NCBI GenBank assembly: GCA_051313645.2
Contig: JBNRSN020000015.1
Location: 60,946,001-61,010,000, forward strand
Length of the DNA: 64,000 nt
DNA from: Centroscyllium fabricii
Lineage: Eukaryota
Direction of reading: 5' to 3'
Numbering within the stretch: the stretch's first letter is position 1; the number at the start of each line of letters is the position of its first letter. A program made the position numbers and the translations under genes. Positions 37,849-50,176 of this stretch are shown here, one piece after another. The notes under the pieces were generated by a model. That model ran no database searches and was not told where the DNA came from. It was given only the letters and a program-made list of their open reading frames with translations.

Positions 37849-38880
37849 ACCACATCTTGAGTACTGTGTGCAGTTTTGGTCGCCTGATCTGAGGAAGGAT
37901 GTTCTTGCCATGGAGGGAGTGCAGCGAAGATTCACCAGACTGATACCTGGGATGGCAGGAATGACGTATGAGGAGAGATTGGGTTGATTGGGCGTATACT
38001 CGCTGGAGTTTAGAAGAATGAGAGGGGATCTCGCTGAAACTTGTAAAATTCTAACAGGATTAGACAGATTAGATGCAGGAAGGATGTTCCCGATGGCCGG
38101 GGAGTCCAGAACCACGGGTCACAGTCTAAGGGGTAAGCCATTTAGGACTGAGATGAGGGGTAATTTCTTCACCCAGAGAGTTGTGAACCTGTGGAATTCT
38201 CTACCACAGAAGGCCGTTGAGGCCAATTCATTAAATATATTCAAGAAGGAGTTAGATATACTTTTTAAGGCTAAAGGGATATGGGGAGAAGACAGGGACA
38301 GGGTACTGAATTTGGATGATCAGCCATGATCTCATTGAATGTCGGAGCAAGCTTGAGGGGCCGAATAACCTACTCCTGCTCCTATCTTCTATGTTTCTAT
38401 GTGAACTCTGTTTCTCGCTCCAAGGATGTTGCCTGATCTGAGTATTTGCAGCATTTTCTGTCTTCTCGGAGGCCTTCCGTTACCATCCGGAGCCTTGCAT
38501 GCATCCAACAGCACTCCCTACACACTTAAAATCCTTTTCACATCTATTGCAGCAAGCCATTATTTCACTAAAATCAAAGAAACCCAGTCCAAAAGCTTAA
38601 ATGTAAGTGCCTTTCCTCACCCTGAGTTATTCCTTTCCTCTCTGTGCTTTTCCTCGATTTCAGATGTTATCGTATTCTTAAATGTTCTCCTCTCTTTGGT
38701 GTCTCCCCTCACCCCAGTTGGGAACTTTTCACTTGAATTATGAGCAATCACAAGCAGAAATTCATGCTCTACCACAGTAGGACACAGCAGAAAGCATCAA
38801 TGCATTTTTACCACAGAGCCATCCTCATTTTGAAATTAATTATGTAACTATGTCTATAAGTATAGACAGTATTTCATATT

Positions 38881-39071
38881 GGCCCGGGATTTGCGGTCAA
38901 CGGCGAAGCAATGGCACTTGCCTTTGGCCCCGAAATAAGCTTCTCACAAAGATCTTGAGATCTCTGTGTCGAGAAGTTTGAGTTTTCTGACGTAATTCAA
39001 ATCAACGTAGTTTAGTGAGAATCCCATAATGCGAGCTGTCAGTTCAGTCATCAGGACTGCAAATTCTGGGC
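38881..39071. mobile_element. Short MITE (related to the one starting at ~59089)
   Basis: ggcccgggatttgcggtc / gactgcaaattctgggcc inverted ends. Confidence 0.75.
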
Positions 39072-39268
39072 CAATATCTTTGTAAAGCTGAATAAGATAC
39101 AAAGTCATGCAACATTATAACTATGCAGTAAATTACAAAATTCACGTAATATTACCAGTAGTGCACATCCTTGAATGAACTTTGGCCTAGTCTGAAGGTA
39201 CTGTGATTTGATATCGCACTGAATTTTAGTTGCTTTATCAATTATCAGCCAATCTCTACCAACCCTTA

Positions 39269-39998
39269 TGCCCTAGTTTCACTGGAGGCTACGAATTCCC
39301 GAATCGTGCCGATTTTGAAATTTGGCCGATTCGTGGGTCATTCTTGCAATTCGTAGTAGATTCGTAGTGGATTCGTAGTGGATTCGTAGCGGAATCGTAG
39401 AGTTCGCGGTAGTTCGCGGGAGTTCTTTTAGTTTTAAAGAAAGTTTTTGTTTGTCAAAAAATTTCGTAGGAGGGTTCCCGATTTTCCAATTCGTGATAGA
39501 TTCGTAAACAATTCGTGACCCATTCTTACCGTTCGTGACCCTTTCTTACCGTTCGTAACTGATTCGTAGTGGATTCGTGGTGCATTCTTGACTATTCTTG
39601 GGCATTCTTGATTTTTTCAAAATCAAGAATGCACCACGAATGCACCACGAATGCACCACGATTGTCCACGAATGTCCACGAATGCACTACGAATGCAATT
39701 CGTAGATAATTCGTAGCTAATTCGTAGAATTCGTTACTAATTCGTGGAGTTCGTAGTGGATTCTTAATTAATTCTTGCAATTCGTGGTGGATTCGTGAGT
39801 GATTCGTACCTCATTCGTAAAATAATTCGTGATAGATTCGTAACCTTGTCCAGAATCGCCAAGAATTCACCAAGAATCGCCAAGATTCAACCAAGTATTT
39901 TTCGCATTTCATGCAGAATCACCAAGAATCGCCAAGATTTCGATTCTTGACGATTCTTGGGATACTTGGCATACTTAGCCTCCAGTGAAACTAGGGCA
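39269..39998. mobile_element. Non-autonomous DNA transposon with perfect 23-bp TIRs, TA flanks, interior built from ATTCGT/ATTCTT motifs
   Basis: TGCCCTAGTTTCACTGGAGGCTA ... TAGCCTCCAGTGAAACTAGGGCA; superfamily not assigned. Confidence 0.9.
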
Positions 39999-40080
39999 TA
40001 AAAGAACCAAGTACCGTTATATTCAGCTGAACAACTGGGGCACTACAATGCCACGAATTGCAGCATTACTTGAATACACT

Positions 40081-40722
40081 GGCCGGAATTTTCAGAGGTA
40101 AGAACAGGTGGGTTGGAGGCGTGGGAGGAAGTGAAAGTTGTAAAACTGTGAAACCCGACTCCAACCAGCCCACTTTCAACTTTCACCCAGGATGCTGCCT
40201 TATTATAATGAGGCCTGAAGCCCCTACTTTAACCTGCTTTGCAGGTTTTACTGCAGGCGGCCGGGGATCCCAAGCCTCAGGATACCCGATGGCTGCAACA
40301 AGGCGGCCTCAGCCTCGGGGAGCAATCCTTGTGGGCCAGGAGGAGCAGGAGTGCATCCTCCTGGCCCCCCCCAAGCTCCCCCACCATCAGCCTGCACCCC
40401 CCGGGGTCAGGGTTTGGACCCCCCGGGCCTGGAACACCCCCCCAGGATCGCAACTCAGCCCCAGAGTCAGGGATTGGACCCACCGCCGGGGGATCGGATC
40501 ACCCCCTCCCCTTCCCCCCTCCTCCCAATCATCCTGGGCCGAGTACTTACCTTGTCCTGTGGCTGTCTTGTCCGCATTCCCCAATCAGGCTGACTTCCGG
40601 GTGGGGAACCAGCCCTTTCCGTCGCATGCACGCTATGGAATTAAATTTCCAGTGTACCAGGAAACCTGCCATCACCCGGGTCCCCCTGCACCATGTGGGT
40701 GGGATCTGGGAAAATTCAGCCC
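40081..40722. mobile_element. Harbinger-type MITE
   Basis: ggccggaattttc / gaaaattcagcc inverted ends; shares ggaggagcaggagtgc motif with elements at ~23950 and ~25790. Confidence 0.7.
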
Positions 40723-40823
40723 ACCAAAATCTGGCTGCTCAAGTGAGTTAAGTTCAAAGTGAAATACAAATCCTAGTTCATTATCTTCCATGCATATTCT
40801 ATTTGTAACTGGACCAAGTTAAT

Positions 40824-41800
40824 GGGCGCAAAATTCGTGAGCGCACGGATTGGGCGCTAAATTTGGCGATGTGCTAAAATTTAGCAGCGGCGCTAAATTA
40901 GCACCGAGGTGGCTGATATTGGCGCTAGCGGTGGCCTTGAAGATTTTGGCGCATATTCACGCCTTGCAAGGCTTCCAGGCGGCCAATATATTGCCGCTAA
41001 TGGCCGTTCCCGGGCGCAGCGCTCCCTCACTAACTGCTTGCTTCCCCATGGCCTCTACAGCTGATTAGGCCTTAAAGGGGAAGCAGAGCAGCCTCTTTCC
41101 CTCCCCGTTCTCTAATCATCTGCCAACCGCGGGTCATCAGCAGCCGCGATTATCCCTTCCCCCCTTCCCGATCTCCAATCAGCAGCCGTGGCCATCCCTT
41201 CCCCCCTTCCCGATCTCTGATCAGCAGTCGCAGCCATCCCTTCCCCCCTTCCCGATCTCCGATCAGCAGTCGCGGCCATCCCTTCCCAATCTCCGATCAG
41301 CAGTCGCGGCCATCCCTTTCCCCCTCCCCGCTCACCGATTAGCAGCCGATCTCCTCCCCACCCCCCTCCCCGCTCTCCTATTAACAACCGATCTCCTCCC
41401 CCCCTCCCCGTTCTCCGATCAACTGGCCCATTGGGGCGCCTCCGCCGCTCTCTGAGCAACTGGCCGATCTGGGACCGAAGAAGGGGGGTGGCCCTTTTAG
41501 CAGCGCTGCAGCGGCCACTCAAACCCGCTGCAGCACTTGCAAAAGCTGGCGTTGATAACGCGGGGGGCGGTGGAAAGGCGCTAAGCCCAATATCGGGCAC
41601 GGCCCGCCGGGCGGGCATTGCACACACATTGTCATGACGATCGGTGATCGCCAGGCGGCGCAGCGCTAACGTTTCGCACCGGCGCTGACCACTAGGCCAA
41701 TTTAGCGCCCGGCGCTAATTTGGGTGCTACGTCAGCGCTGGCCCATTAGCGCTGATTTTCGGCACTAATGGGCCGGTGCTAAGGCGCCAATTTCGCAGCC
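40824..41800. mobile_element. GC-rich Harbinger-type MITE, AAT TSD
   Basis: aat on both flanks; collinear with 29107-30206; own ~39-bp internal tandem repeat at ~41135-41300. Confidence 0.85.
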
Positions 41801-41995
41801 AATGTGAATTAACGTTTTAACAGGTTGACCAAGAACAATTACAGTTAGACTAGAATCTTCTGCCTGAACTGCTGAGTTTTTCCAGCATTTTCTGTTGTTG
41901 TTTTGGATTTCCAGCATCTGCAGTATTTTGTTATAGTCTAATGGGATTTGTCATTAGTTAGACTTGCCCCCACATCCTTCAACTCAAAACACTGT

Positions 41996-42684
41996 GGCCC
42001 ACAAAATTGCTGAAAATGTGAGCTGATATCAGTGCAGTGAGGGAAACATGGCATCTGGGACCTGAGTGAACAGGGCAATCAACAGGGTATCTCCTTAACC
42101 AATCAGATTGACGGATTGGGAAACAAACACAGGAAGGGCTGAGAAGGAGGGTGAATTAAAGGTGGTGAAATCAATGTCAAATCAGGTACAGAGAGAGAAA
42201 TAAACAGAGGGAAAGAAAGTTTGGATTAAGAGAGAGAGAAAAAAAGAGACAGAAAAGAAAAGTAAAAAAAACAATTTTAAAATTTAAATTTTGCACAGAA
42301 AATTTCCCTGAAATATTAAAAACCTGAAGGAATGAGACTTCACACTTATAATAGTTAATTTTCAGTGCTAGAGAGGTTGTTTGGCAGTCATTAACACTTA
42401 ATCATGTTGATAAAAGGATACTTACGCTTGTAATGACAAGACTTAACTTTCTGTTGCGAGTTTAATGTGAAAATCCAGCAATTTGCTAAAAAAAAATTAG
42501 GATGCTGAGGATGGGATGCCATTATCGGGAAGTTAATGGTGAAGCAACGTAACTTGGACAGCAATTTTTGTATATTCAAGTTTAACCAACAATCTGCTGC
42601 TCACCTGAAGTTGCTGTATCATTTACCTATAAATAACAGTGAGCACCATTAGCCGTGCTGTTATTTTGACAGCAAATTCTAGCC
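41996..42684. mobile_element. Older MITE
   Basis: ggcccacaaaattgctgaaaat / attttgacagcaaattctagcc imperfect inverted ends. Confidence 0.55.
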
Positions 42685-43582
42685 TGAGGGTATTTTCATT
42701 CTTCCCATTATGCCATGTGAGCTACCTCTGACCTATCTGGAGGTGAACAACTGCATGCAATGTTCAACATCCCTTAAGTAGAGATAAGTATCACATTCAC
42801 AGGGCCATCACAACTCCAAATAGAACTTGTTTTACTGATGAGTTCTGGAGCAGGTGTGAATTTCTAGCCGTGGGACTAGATGCAAAAAGAGGAATTACCC
42901 ACCATAGTACTTCAGTTCTATACAGCAGATAATAAATAAGGTGCTGTTGTTGTGCAGAGCCAGAGGACAGGCACACTTAGCTGTTATACGATGACAGTAA
43001 GTCTGCATCAGCCTGAAACCCTTGGAATTATTCACCTAACCATTTTCCAGTCATCATCATGTCAGCTGACTGACGTAGGGCTTCCCAAGCATTAATGCAC
43101 ATATATTCAGGTTGTTATCTTTTACAAGTCCAAAGCCAAAACTGGACAAGTATAGTGGCAGAGCAAGGAATAGGGTGACAATTTAAGTTTGAATGATTGC
43201 TTTGCTGATGCCCAAAAAAGAATTTAAAACTTCAATAACTAATGCCACCACAACATAAGACACTGAAATAGAAAAACTGACTTTTTGGAAGATTGTTAGT
43301 TTGCATTTTAGAAATTTCAGGACAACCTGCTCGAAGAACAAACTGTCAAGTCAAAAATCAGATAGGTGGCAGCCTCTAAATTGAATGGATCTAATGTGGA
43401 CACAGTAGGAGTGATTCTAACTCCCTCTGAATAGGGAGTAACAAATTTAAAATCAAGGTGGTCAACTTAGCAGCCCATTCCAGCTCTGCCACCATTTTAG
43501 CTCTGGCCATCCATTGGGCGGTCCAGGTACTTGCCTGAATCATGCGGGACCCTCATGACTCCATGCTAATTAGGGTTCTAAT

Positions 43583-44223
43583 TGCAGCCAGAACGGTGTT
43601 ACTTACTCCTCTAAGGTGCTGGAGGCATGCCAAGCATTTGGCAGCATGTCCTTCACACCTTGAAGGAGAAAGTAATAAATGCAAGCAGTCACACAACACC
43701 AGGTTATAGTCCAACAGTTATAACCAGCGCTGTGCTCCCGCAGTTCTGGTTTCACCCAGCGGGGTTTAAGGTGATGGGGTTCCCGGGAAACAGGGCAAAA
43801 TGGCTGAGGGCCCTTAAAATGGCATTAAAGATGCCAATTAAGGGCCCTTAATGAGGTGACAACCCATCCCCGCCGCTTTCTCATTTTACCCCGCCCAGAT
43901 TACCCGCCCCGAAACCTTCCCGCCGCTGACCGGCGGGGATGGGTTGTCACCTCATTAAGGGCCCTTAATTGGCATCTTTAATGCCATTTTAAGGGCCCTC
44001 AGCCATTTTGCCCTGTTTCCCGGGAACCCCGTCACCTTAAACCCCGCTGGGTGAAACCAGAACTGCGGGAGCACAGCGCTGGTTATAACTGTTGGACTAT
44101 AACCTGGTGTTGTGTGACTTCATGCATTTATTACTTTCTCCTTCAAGGTGTGAAGGACATGCTGCCAAATGCTTGGCATGCCTCCAGCACCTTAGAGGAG
44201 TGAGTAACTCCGTTCTAGCTGCA
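43583..44223. repeat. Long inverted repeat: two 293-bp arms, 55-bp spacer
   Basis: 43583-43875 is the reverse complement of 43931-44223 with about 6 mismatches by eye. Confidence 0.95.
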
Positions 44224-44612
44224 GCAGCAGCTGTGAGCAAAAATTGAGAAATCTCAGTTCTGCACAGTTCCTGACAGCTGCTGCGAGTTGTGAGGGATTC
44301 TGAGCCCGCCCGCCCACCTGTCAGTCACCAGCACTTGGCCTTTCCCATTGGCTCCACTCCACTGTGATGTCACAGTGGAGTGTTTCCATGGGAACTGACA
44401 ACAACCAGTGCTGGAACTGACAATCAAACTGCTCGCAGCCCCGTTGCAGCCCGACTCGATTGACCTAATTACCTCCCGCTGCCGCCGGCGCAGATTTAAC
44501 AACCTAATTAAACTAAAATTGCGTGGCCTTCCCAGCTGTTTGGGCGGGCAGGGCCCGAGGCAGCCCAGACCAATCCCCGCCAGGTTCCCGCCCTTCCAGC
44601 AAAATCCCCCCC
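43931..44612. mobile_element. Harbinger-type MITE (22139-22928 family, reverse orientation) whose left part forms the fold-back arm
   Basis: Ends in aaaatccccccc; shares aagggcccttaattggca and gtgtttccatgggaact blocks with the family. Confidence 0.75.
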
Positions 44613-44652
44613 ACTATGTGCAATTATTCCTGAAACACTAATGTTGATCCGT

Positions 44653-45547
44653 GGGGGGGGGGGGGAAATTCGGTTGCTTTGCACCTCCCGTTAGCGCCCT
44701 AAGAGGGCTCTAATGGGGCGCAAAGCAACTAGCGCCTGGGCACGGCGATGTTTGCATCACTCGCAAAATTGACCAGATATTTTGCGGTGGCACTAAACAC
44801 TACTGCCACGATCTCCTGCACCCACAGATCATGACGTCAGTCGAGCGTGCAATGCCCCGGTAGCGCCCTGGACCGAATATTGAGTGGCGCCCCTTGCCTT
44901 TCCACCTGCCGCTAGCAACAACAGGTAGAGGGGAACATTTTGCAATTGAGAAGGGACTGGGGGAGCACTATTTAAAGGCAGCTACTTCCTGCCTTTTGTT
45001 GTTGGCGACATTTTTGCACCACGCAGTCTGAGAGAGAGAGAGAGACTTCTGGAGAGATTCAATGTTGTGTGTAGGAGTTTTGGGTACTGAGCAGCACTTT
45101 GCAGGTTCATTTTGATTTGACCTTGTATTGATTTAGAAGTGACTATGTGGGTCGCACTCTGAGCTCTTTCCCTGGGCCTCTCCATTGTTCTTTCCAGCAG
45201 AATTGATGCACAGGTCTCTCCAGGCCAAGATTCAAGGCTGCAATGAGCAGGGTGTGGATAGAGAGCAAGATCGACCCTCCCCTTTAAGAACTGGCTGGCG
45301 CCAGTGTGTCTGTGTTCCATTGCTAACTGACATCACCTGAGCTTCGGTAGCACTCTGAGGTAGCGCCTCACTCCTCGGCGTTAGCGCCTTAAGAGAGGTG
45401 TGTTACGCCTGATTTAGTGCTCCAATCACCTCCAGGGGTGATAGAAGCCAAGTTTGCAGTCAGAGGCGATAATTAACGCCAGGCGCTAAACTTTGTGCCC
45501 GGTCGATAATCGCGCTCCAAACGGGACAATACCGAATTTCTCCTCCC
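44653..45547. mobile_element. Harbinger-type MITE ending ~60 bp upstream of ABCC8 exon 15
   Basis: ggggggaaattcggt / accgaatttctcctccc inverted ends; GCGCTAA/TTAGCGC motifs. Confidence 0.75.
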
Positions 45548-45610
45548 TGATTTTTAAGAGCTCATTATGTTTTACAAATGTTTCTAATACAGTTTTTGAT
45601 ATGAATGCAG

Positions 45611-45686
45611 GTGACAAATGGATTCTTTACCTGGACATCTGATGGAACCCCAACTTTGTCTAACATTGATATCAAGATTCCTCATG
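45611..45686 (+). CDS. ABCC8: ABCC8/SUR1 exon 15 equivalent, [25 protein letters not shown](G)
   Basis: tgcag acceptor, gtagga donor; 76 bp; resembles NBD1 start [23 protein letters not shown]. Confidence 0.95.
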
Positions 45687-47429
45687 GTAGGACAGTGAAT
45701 GAATTAAATTATCAATTATGAAAAATGTATCAATAATAAACCCCTGTTATGTTGATTGGGAAAATACACTAATCAGCTCCTTTTACCTGTGGTTAGTGTA
45801 GAGTTGTAGCTAATGAAATCAGGTGTTGTACTTTCTGTTCTATTAAATCTGGTAGTGCTGTTCAGCTGAGCTGTAGCAATGCCAAAATTCACATTGTGAG
45901 GTGCATAAAATTCTTGCAAATGTGTGGCAAACCATGAAAACAGGAACCAGTGAACTCCCAAGTTCACTTTGCCTTGAACCCCCATTAATGCAACTGCCAC
46001 AAATCTCCATGATCTGTCTTTGTTTATGGATTCTGAAATGGAAACAGAGGTAGCCATGACTCTAAAACTGGGGCTTAGTACCGCCATAGCATTAAACAGT
46101 GAATTGATTTAGAATATTTTATCACTACAACATTGGAATATGGGGTCTGAAAATGTGCAGGATTTCCAGCACACTCCGACTATAACTCTATAAAATGCAT
46201 GAGAAATAAACCAGAATTCAAATATGATAGGTCCAGACCTTCACAGGTAGTTTCCAGGAGGCCTTGGCTGGGGTGGAACCTCCATCCGACCAAACATATT
46301 TCCCCACATCAAAGGAGACAGGGCCAGAGAACGGGGACCCTCTACACTGGAGTCGTCCATTCCATGGCCTCAGTGGGACCCAGTATGAAGGCTGGTACAC
46401 CCAATGAGATGAGACACAGCAGCTTCCTGAAGGGCAAAAATGGACCCCACCTAAAGTGGGTCATTTAAAAAAAAAACAATTAAAACCCTCATTATCAGCC
46501 ACCTGTAAGAGGACTAAAAGAACAAAAAAAAATCATTACTCCATTGCAGCGCAGGGTGGGGTTGAGGGAAGCCAGGTACCCGCACCCCTAGATGGCAGCA
46601 GATGGCAGAGCTTTTGGCCTGTTTCGGCTAATGGGCACCCAAGGTAAGCTCATAATAGCACAGGTGCCTGCTGGGCCCATGCTAATTGACAGTGTTTGAC
46701 AGGATTGAGGTACTGTCAAACACTGACAATCACTGTACAAAGGTGAGCCCTTGCACCCAGACTCTCCAATGACTCTCCTTCGGATGAAACAGGTGGCAGC
46801 TGTAGGTGAGGGTACAGGAGTGATCTGTCACTTCTCACAATGAAGTGAGGCCACACAAACACTTCAATGCTTGTCACCTACAGAAAAATCTAAACACATT
46901 AACAATGACTTTCCCAACATTTCCTTACCTCTGATACTCACCAGTGTCCCATTGGATCCTTCACACCACTTCTGCAGCTGTCATCTATACACAAACATTG
47001 CACCAGACCCACAGTACACCTCACTTACCCTGGCGGGGTTGTCCGACATCGGGAAGCCTGCAGCAGAAGTCTCAAATTGGGAAAAAGCCTCTTAACTGCC
47101 TGTTAACAGGCAGTTAGGAGGCGATAATCCTCTTCCCGCCGCTAGGAGTCGGGTCCCTGTGCAAATCAGGGACCCGACTCCCAGGAAGATTGGGTGGAAG
47201 TGAGTTGGGAGCAGGTTTGGGACCCATCCCCATTCTTTTTGATTTTCCCTGCAGTCCCACCTCCAAACCCACCTCCTCAGGGCTGGTAAAAGGATTGAAT
47301 CTAGCCAGCACCGATAGTGTGAATATCTCCTGTTTGTGCTGCCTGGCAGAGTCCTGTGCAGAATGAGTTTGTCCAGTTTAAAGTCAGTTTCTAGTTAGTC
47401 AAAAACTGCCGACAGTTTAACATATATTC

Positions 47430-47589
47430 GGGTCATTTTAACTTTTGGCGAAAGTGTAAAATGGGCAATATCTGATTGGCTGCCTGTTATGCACCTCTCC
47501 TGATTTTCTGGAAACAAAAAGTGGGAGAGACGTATAACAGGCAACCAATATCATTTGTTTTACTCTATCACCAAAAGATAAAATTACCC
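47430..47589. mobile_element. Small palindromic MITE
   Basis: gggtcattttaacttttggcga / tcaccaaaagataaaattaccc. Confidence 0.7.
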
Positions 47590-49284
47590 TCATGGACCTT
47601 TAAACTGTAGTCACCTAAAACATCAAGGTGCCAGGCACATTGCAGGTTGAATTGCACGGATCCTTTGACCATGTGGAAAGATGATGACTGTCATATAACT
47701 GATGAAGAAAGTCTGCAACTTGGGATGACGGCAGTTGGAAGGTGTTAACTGGAGGCTGGGCATGAGAATATGTGTTTGTGTATATACAGGATTCAGTACC
47801 TAACATGATACCATTGTAAAGAGGTAAGGACTTGCTGCTCGGCACATCATTGTTCAATGGGTTATGCAGTGTATCATTGATAATGTTAGGAGGATTGTGG
47901 TTATGGACTTTCAGATTTTACAGTGAGTAATGCTGCCTACCATACCACTCAAGAGAAGTTCATTGTGTCCACTGTCTGCCTAACAAGGAATTAACCTGGA
48001 GTTTTTCAGTTGCCTATAACCAACTAATGACAGTCCTCCTTGAAGGGAGGTAAACAGGGTTTCTTTGGGGTCAAGGTGGCTGTAAGAGGCCATGCCTGGT
48101 GATAGAACATTAGAAATGAGTCAACCTTCCATGGTAGATTCAGTTATCTGCTCCTTGAGCTAGGCAGCTCCAGATTGCTCCAGAATACTGCTGGTCACTG
48201 ACCAGCCAACCTGGCTCAGGAATAAAACTTGGAGGGATAGACCAGGCATTAGGAATCTTTCCACATGGTTACAGATAACCCTGTAAGCCAATGCCCAAAT
48301 GGGGGAGAGTGATCCCACCTGGACAAGCAGTGGAAAGCTTGCCAGTGGTCTGTGCTGGTAAATTGCATAATTTTAACATGTTAACCTCCAGACGTAACCC
48401 TATGCTCTGCCAACCTATGCCTAAGCTTTCTGCTGGGGTGATGGGAAGAAGGTTTGCACTCCATACAAGCAAACAGAAACTGTACCTGTGTAGTTTTCTA
48501 AATAGCTCAGTTTGGAAACTGTTAAGCATAATAGGTTTCTGCATGTTTTAGATCAAAATAAAAAGTGTGTATCCAAAATGGGAAATGGTGTAGAGGAAAC
48601 TATTAGGTTGAGCACTGAAGAAGGCCATCATGGATGCTGTTGTCCTTTTGAACTCGGGTGAACTGCTTGAACATTTGGACAACAGTAGTATTTTTCAGAT
48701 GGCTCAAATAGAACCTCTGATGATCCTGGAGATGGTGTTGAGCTTAACTGCCCTGGTGTGTTTCTTCAAATATTCTAGTAGTATTATTCTTGAATGACAG
48801 TTGGTCCACTGGAACTGTCATCACCATGTCACTAAACACGTTTATAGAAGGGATGGTTTATGGGTGCAAGGTTACATTTTGTAGCTCATGTTTCAAGATC
48901 ACAAGATATTTATGGATGAGGATGGTCACTCAACCCGTTCTAACACATCCATCCAGAACAACCCTACTCACTCGCCCCATTGCTGCTTCTAGTTGTTTCT
49001 TAAATAATTCCAGGATTTCCACCTCTACCACTCTGTCCAGAAGTCCATTCCAAGTGTTGATCATTCTCTGCGAGAAGAAGAATCTTCTGATATCAGCCCT
49101 AAAGTTACCTTTTACTAGTTTGAACCTGTGTCCCTTGTTCTACTCTCTCAGTTTAATTTATAGCAGTATTGTCCAATACATTAGCCACTAGCCACATGTG
49201 GCTAATTGGGAATCCAGATATGAATAATTGTATTTATGATTAGTAAATAAAAAATGAGTAATAGACATTGTCCATATCAGTACC

Positions 49285-49537
49285 ATAGAATTACGAAACA
49301 TAGAAACTAGGAGCAGGAGTAGGCCATTCGGCCCTTCGAGCCTGCTCTGCCATTCAATGAGATCATGGCTGATCATCCAAACCCAGTACCCTGCCCCTGT
49401 CCTCTCCCCATATCCCTCGATCCCTATCGAGCCTGCATCGACACATATCCCACCCTATCCCCGTAACCCCACATATTCAATCCCCCTAACACTAAGGGTC
49501 AATTTATCGTGGCCAATCAACCTAACCCGCACATCTT
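49285..49537 (-). mobile_element. HE1-like SINE, 5'-truncated, type B tail
   Basis: Matches the 3' half of 30332-30730. Confidence 0.9.
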
Positions 49538-49772
49538 GTATGGAGAGGGGAGCTGTCATCGTGCTCAGCTTGACCAATCAGAATAATCACTCCAGGCCAG
49601 CAGAAGAAAGCAAGCCGAGCCAATAATGAGCATATCCAATAGGACACGCCATGACAGCGGGCAAGCAGCATCCAACCGTGTTCTGAATAGATATTTTTGT
49701 TGTGCAAGTCAACATTCTCATCAATGAATGTGAGGAAGTTAAAATACCACTCGCGGCTGCTGGTCAAAAATC

Positions 49773-50176
49773 TAGAACATAGACATAGACATAGAAGATA
49801 GGAGCAGGAGTAGGCCATTCGGCCCTTCGAGCCTGCTCCGCCATTCAATGAGATCATGGCTGATCATCCAAACCCAGTACCCCGCCCCTGCCCACTCCCC
49901 ATATCCCTCTATAGCCTGCCCCGACACATATCCCACCCTATCCCTGTAACCCCACATATTCAATCCCCCTAACACTAAGGGTCAATTTATCCTGGCCAAT
50001 CAACCTAACCCGCACACCTTTGGACTGTGGGAGGGAACCGGAGCACCCGGAGGAAACCCACGCAGACACGGGGAGAATGTGCAAACTCCACACAGATAGT
50101 ACCCGAGGCTGGATTTGAACCTGGGTCTCTAGTGCTGTAAGGCAACAGTGCTAACCACTATGCCACCGTGCCGCCC
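49773..50176 (-). mobile_element. Full-length HE1-like V-SINE, type B tail
   Basis: tRNA-like head, V domain, tail. Confidence 0.95.

Larger units (their letters stand above)
33172..38402 (+). mobile_element. CR1 3' fragment split in two by the Gypsy provirus (33172-33415 and 37849-38402)
   Basis: ttggtgagaccac|atcttgagtactgtgtgcag rejoins as LVRPHLEYCVQF when the provirus is removed. Confidence 0.93.

Noticed and set aside
40058-40762. 234-aa ORF and other GC-rich ORFs in MITEs or antisense to pol (e.g. 61990-62766)
   Set aside because: No recognisable domains; expected from GC-rich repeats or shadow frames
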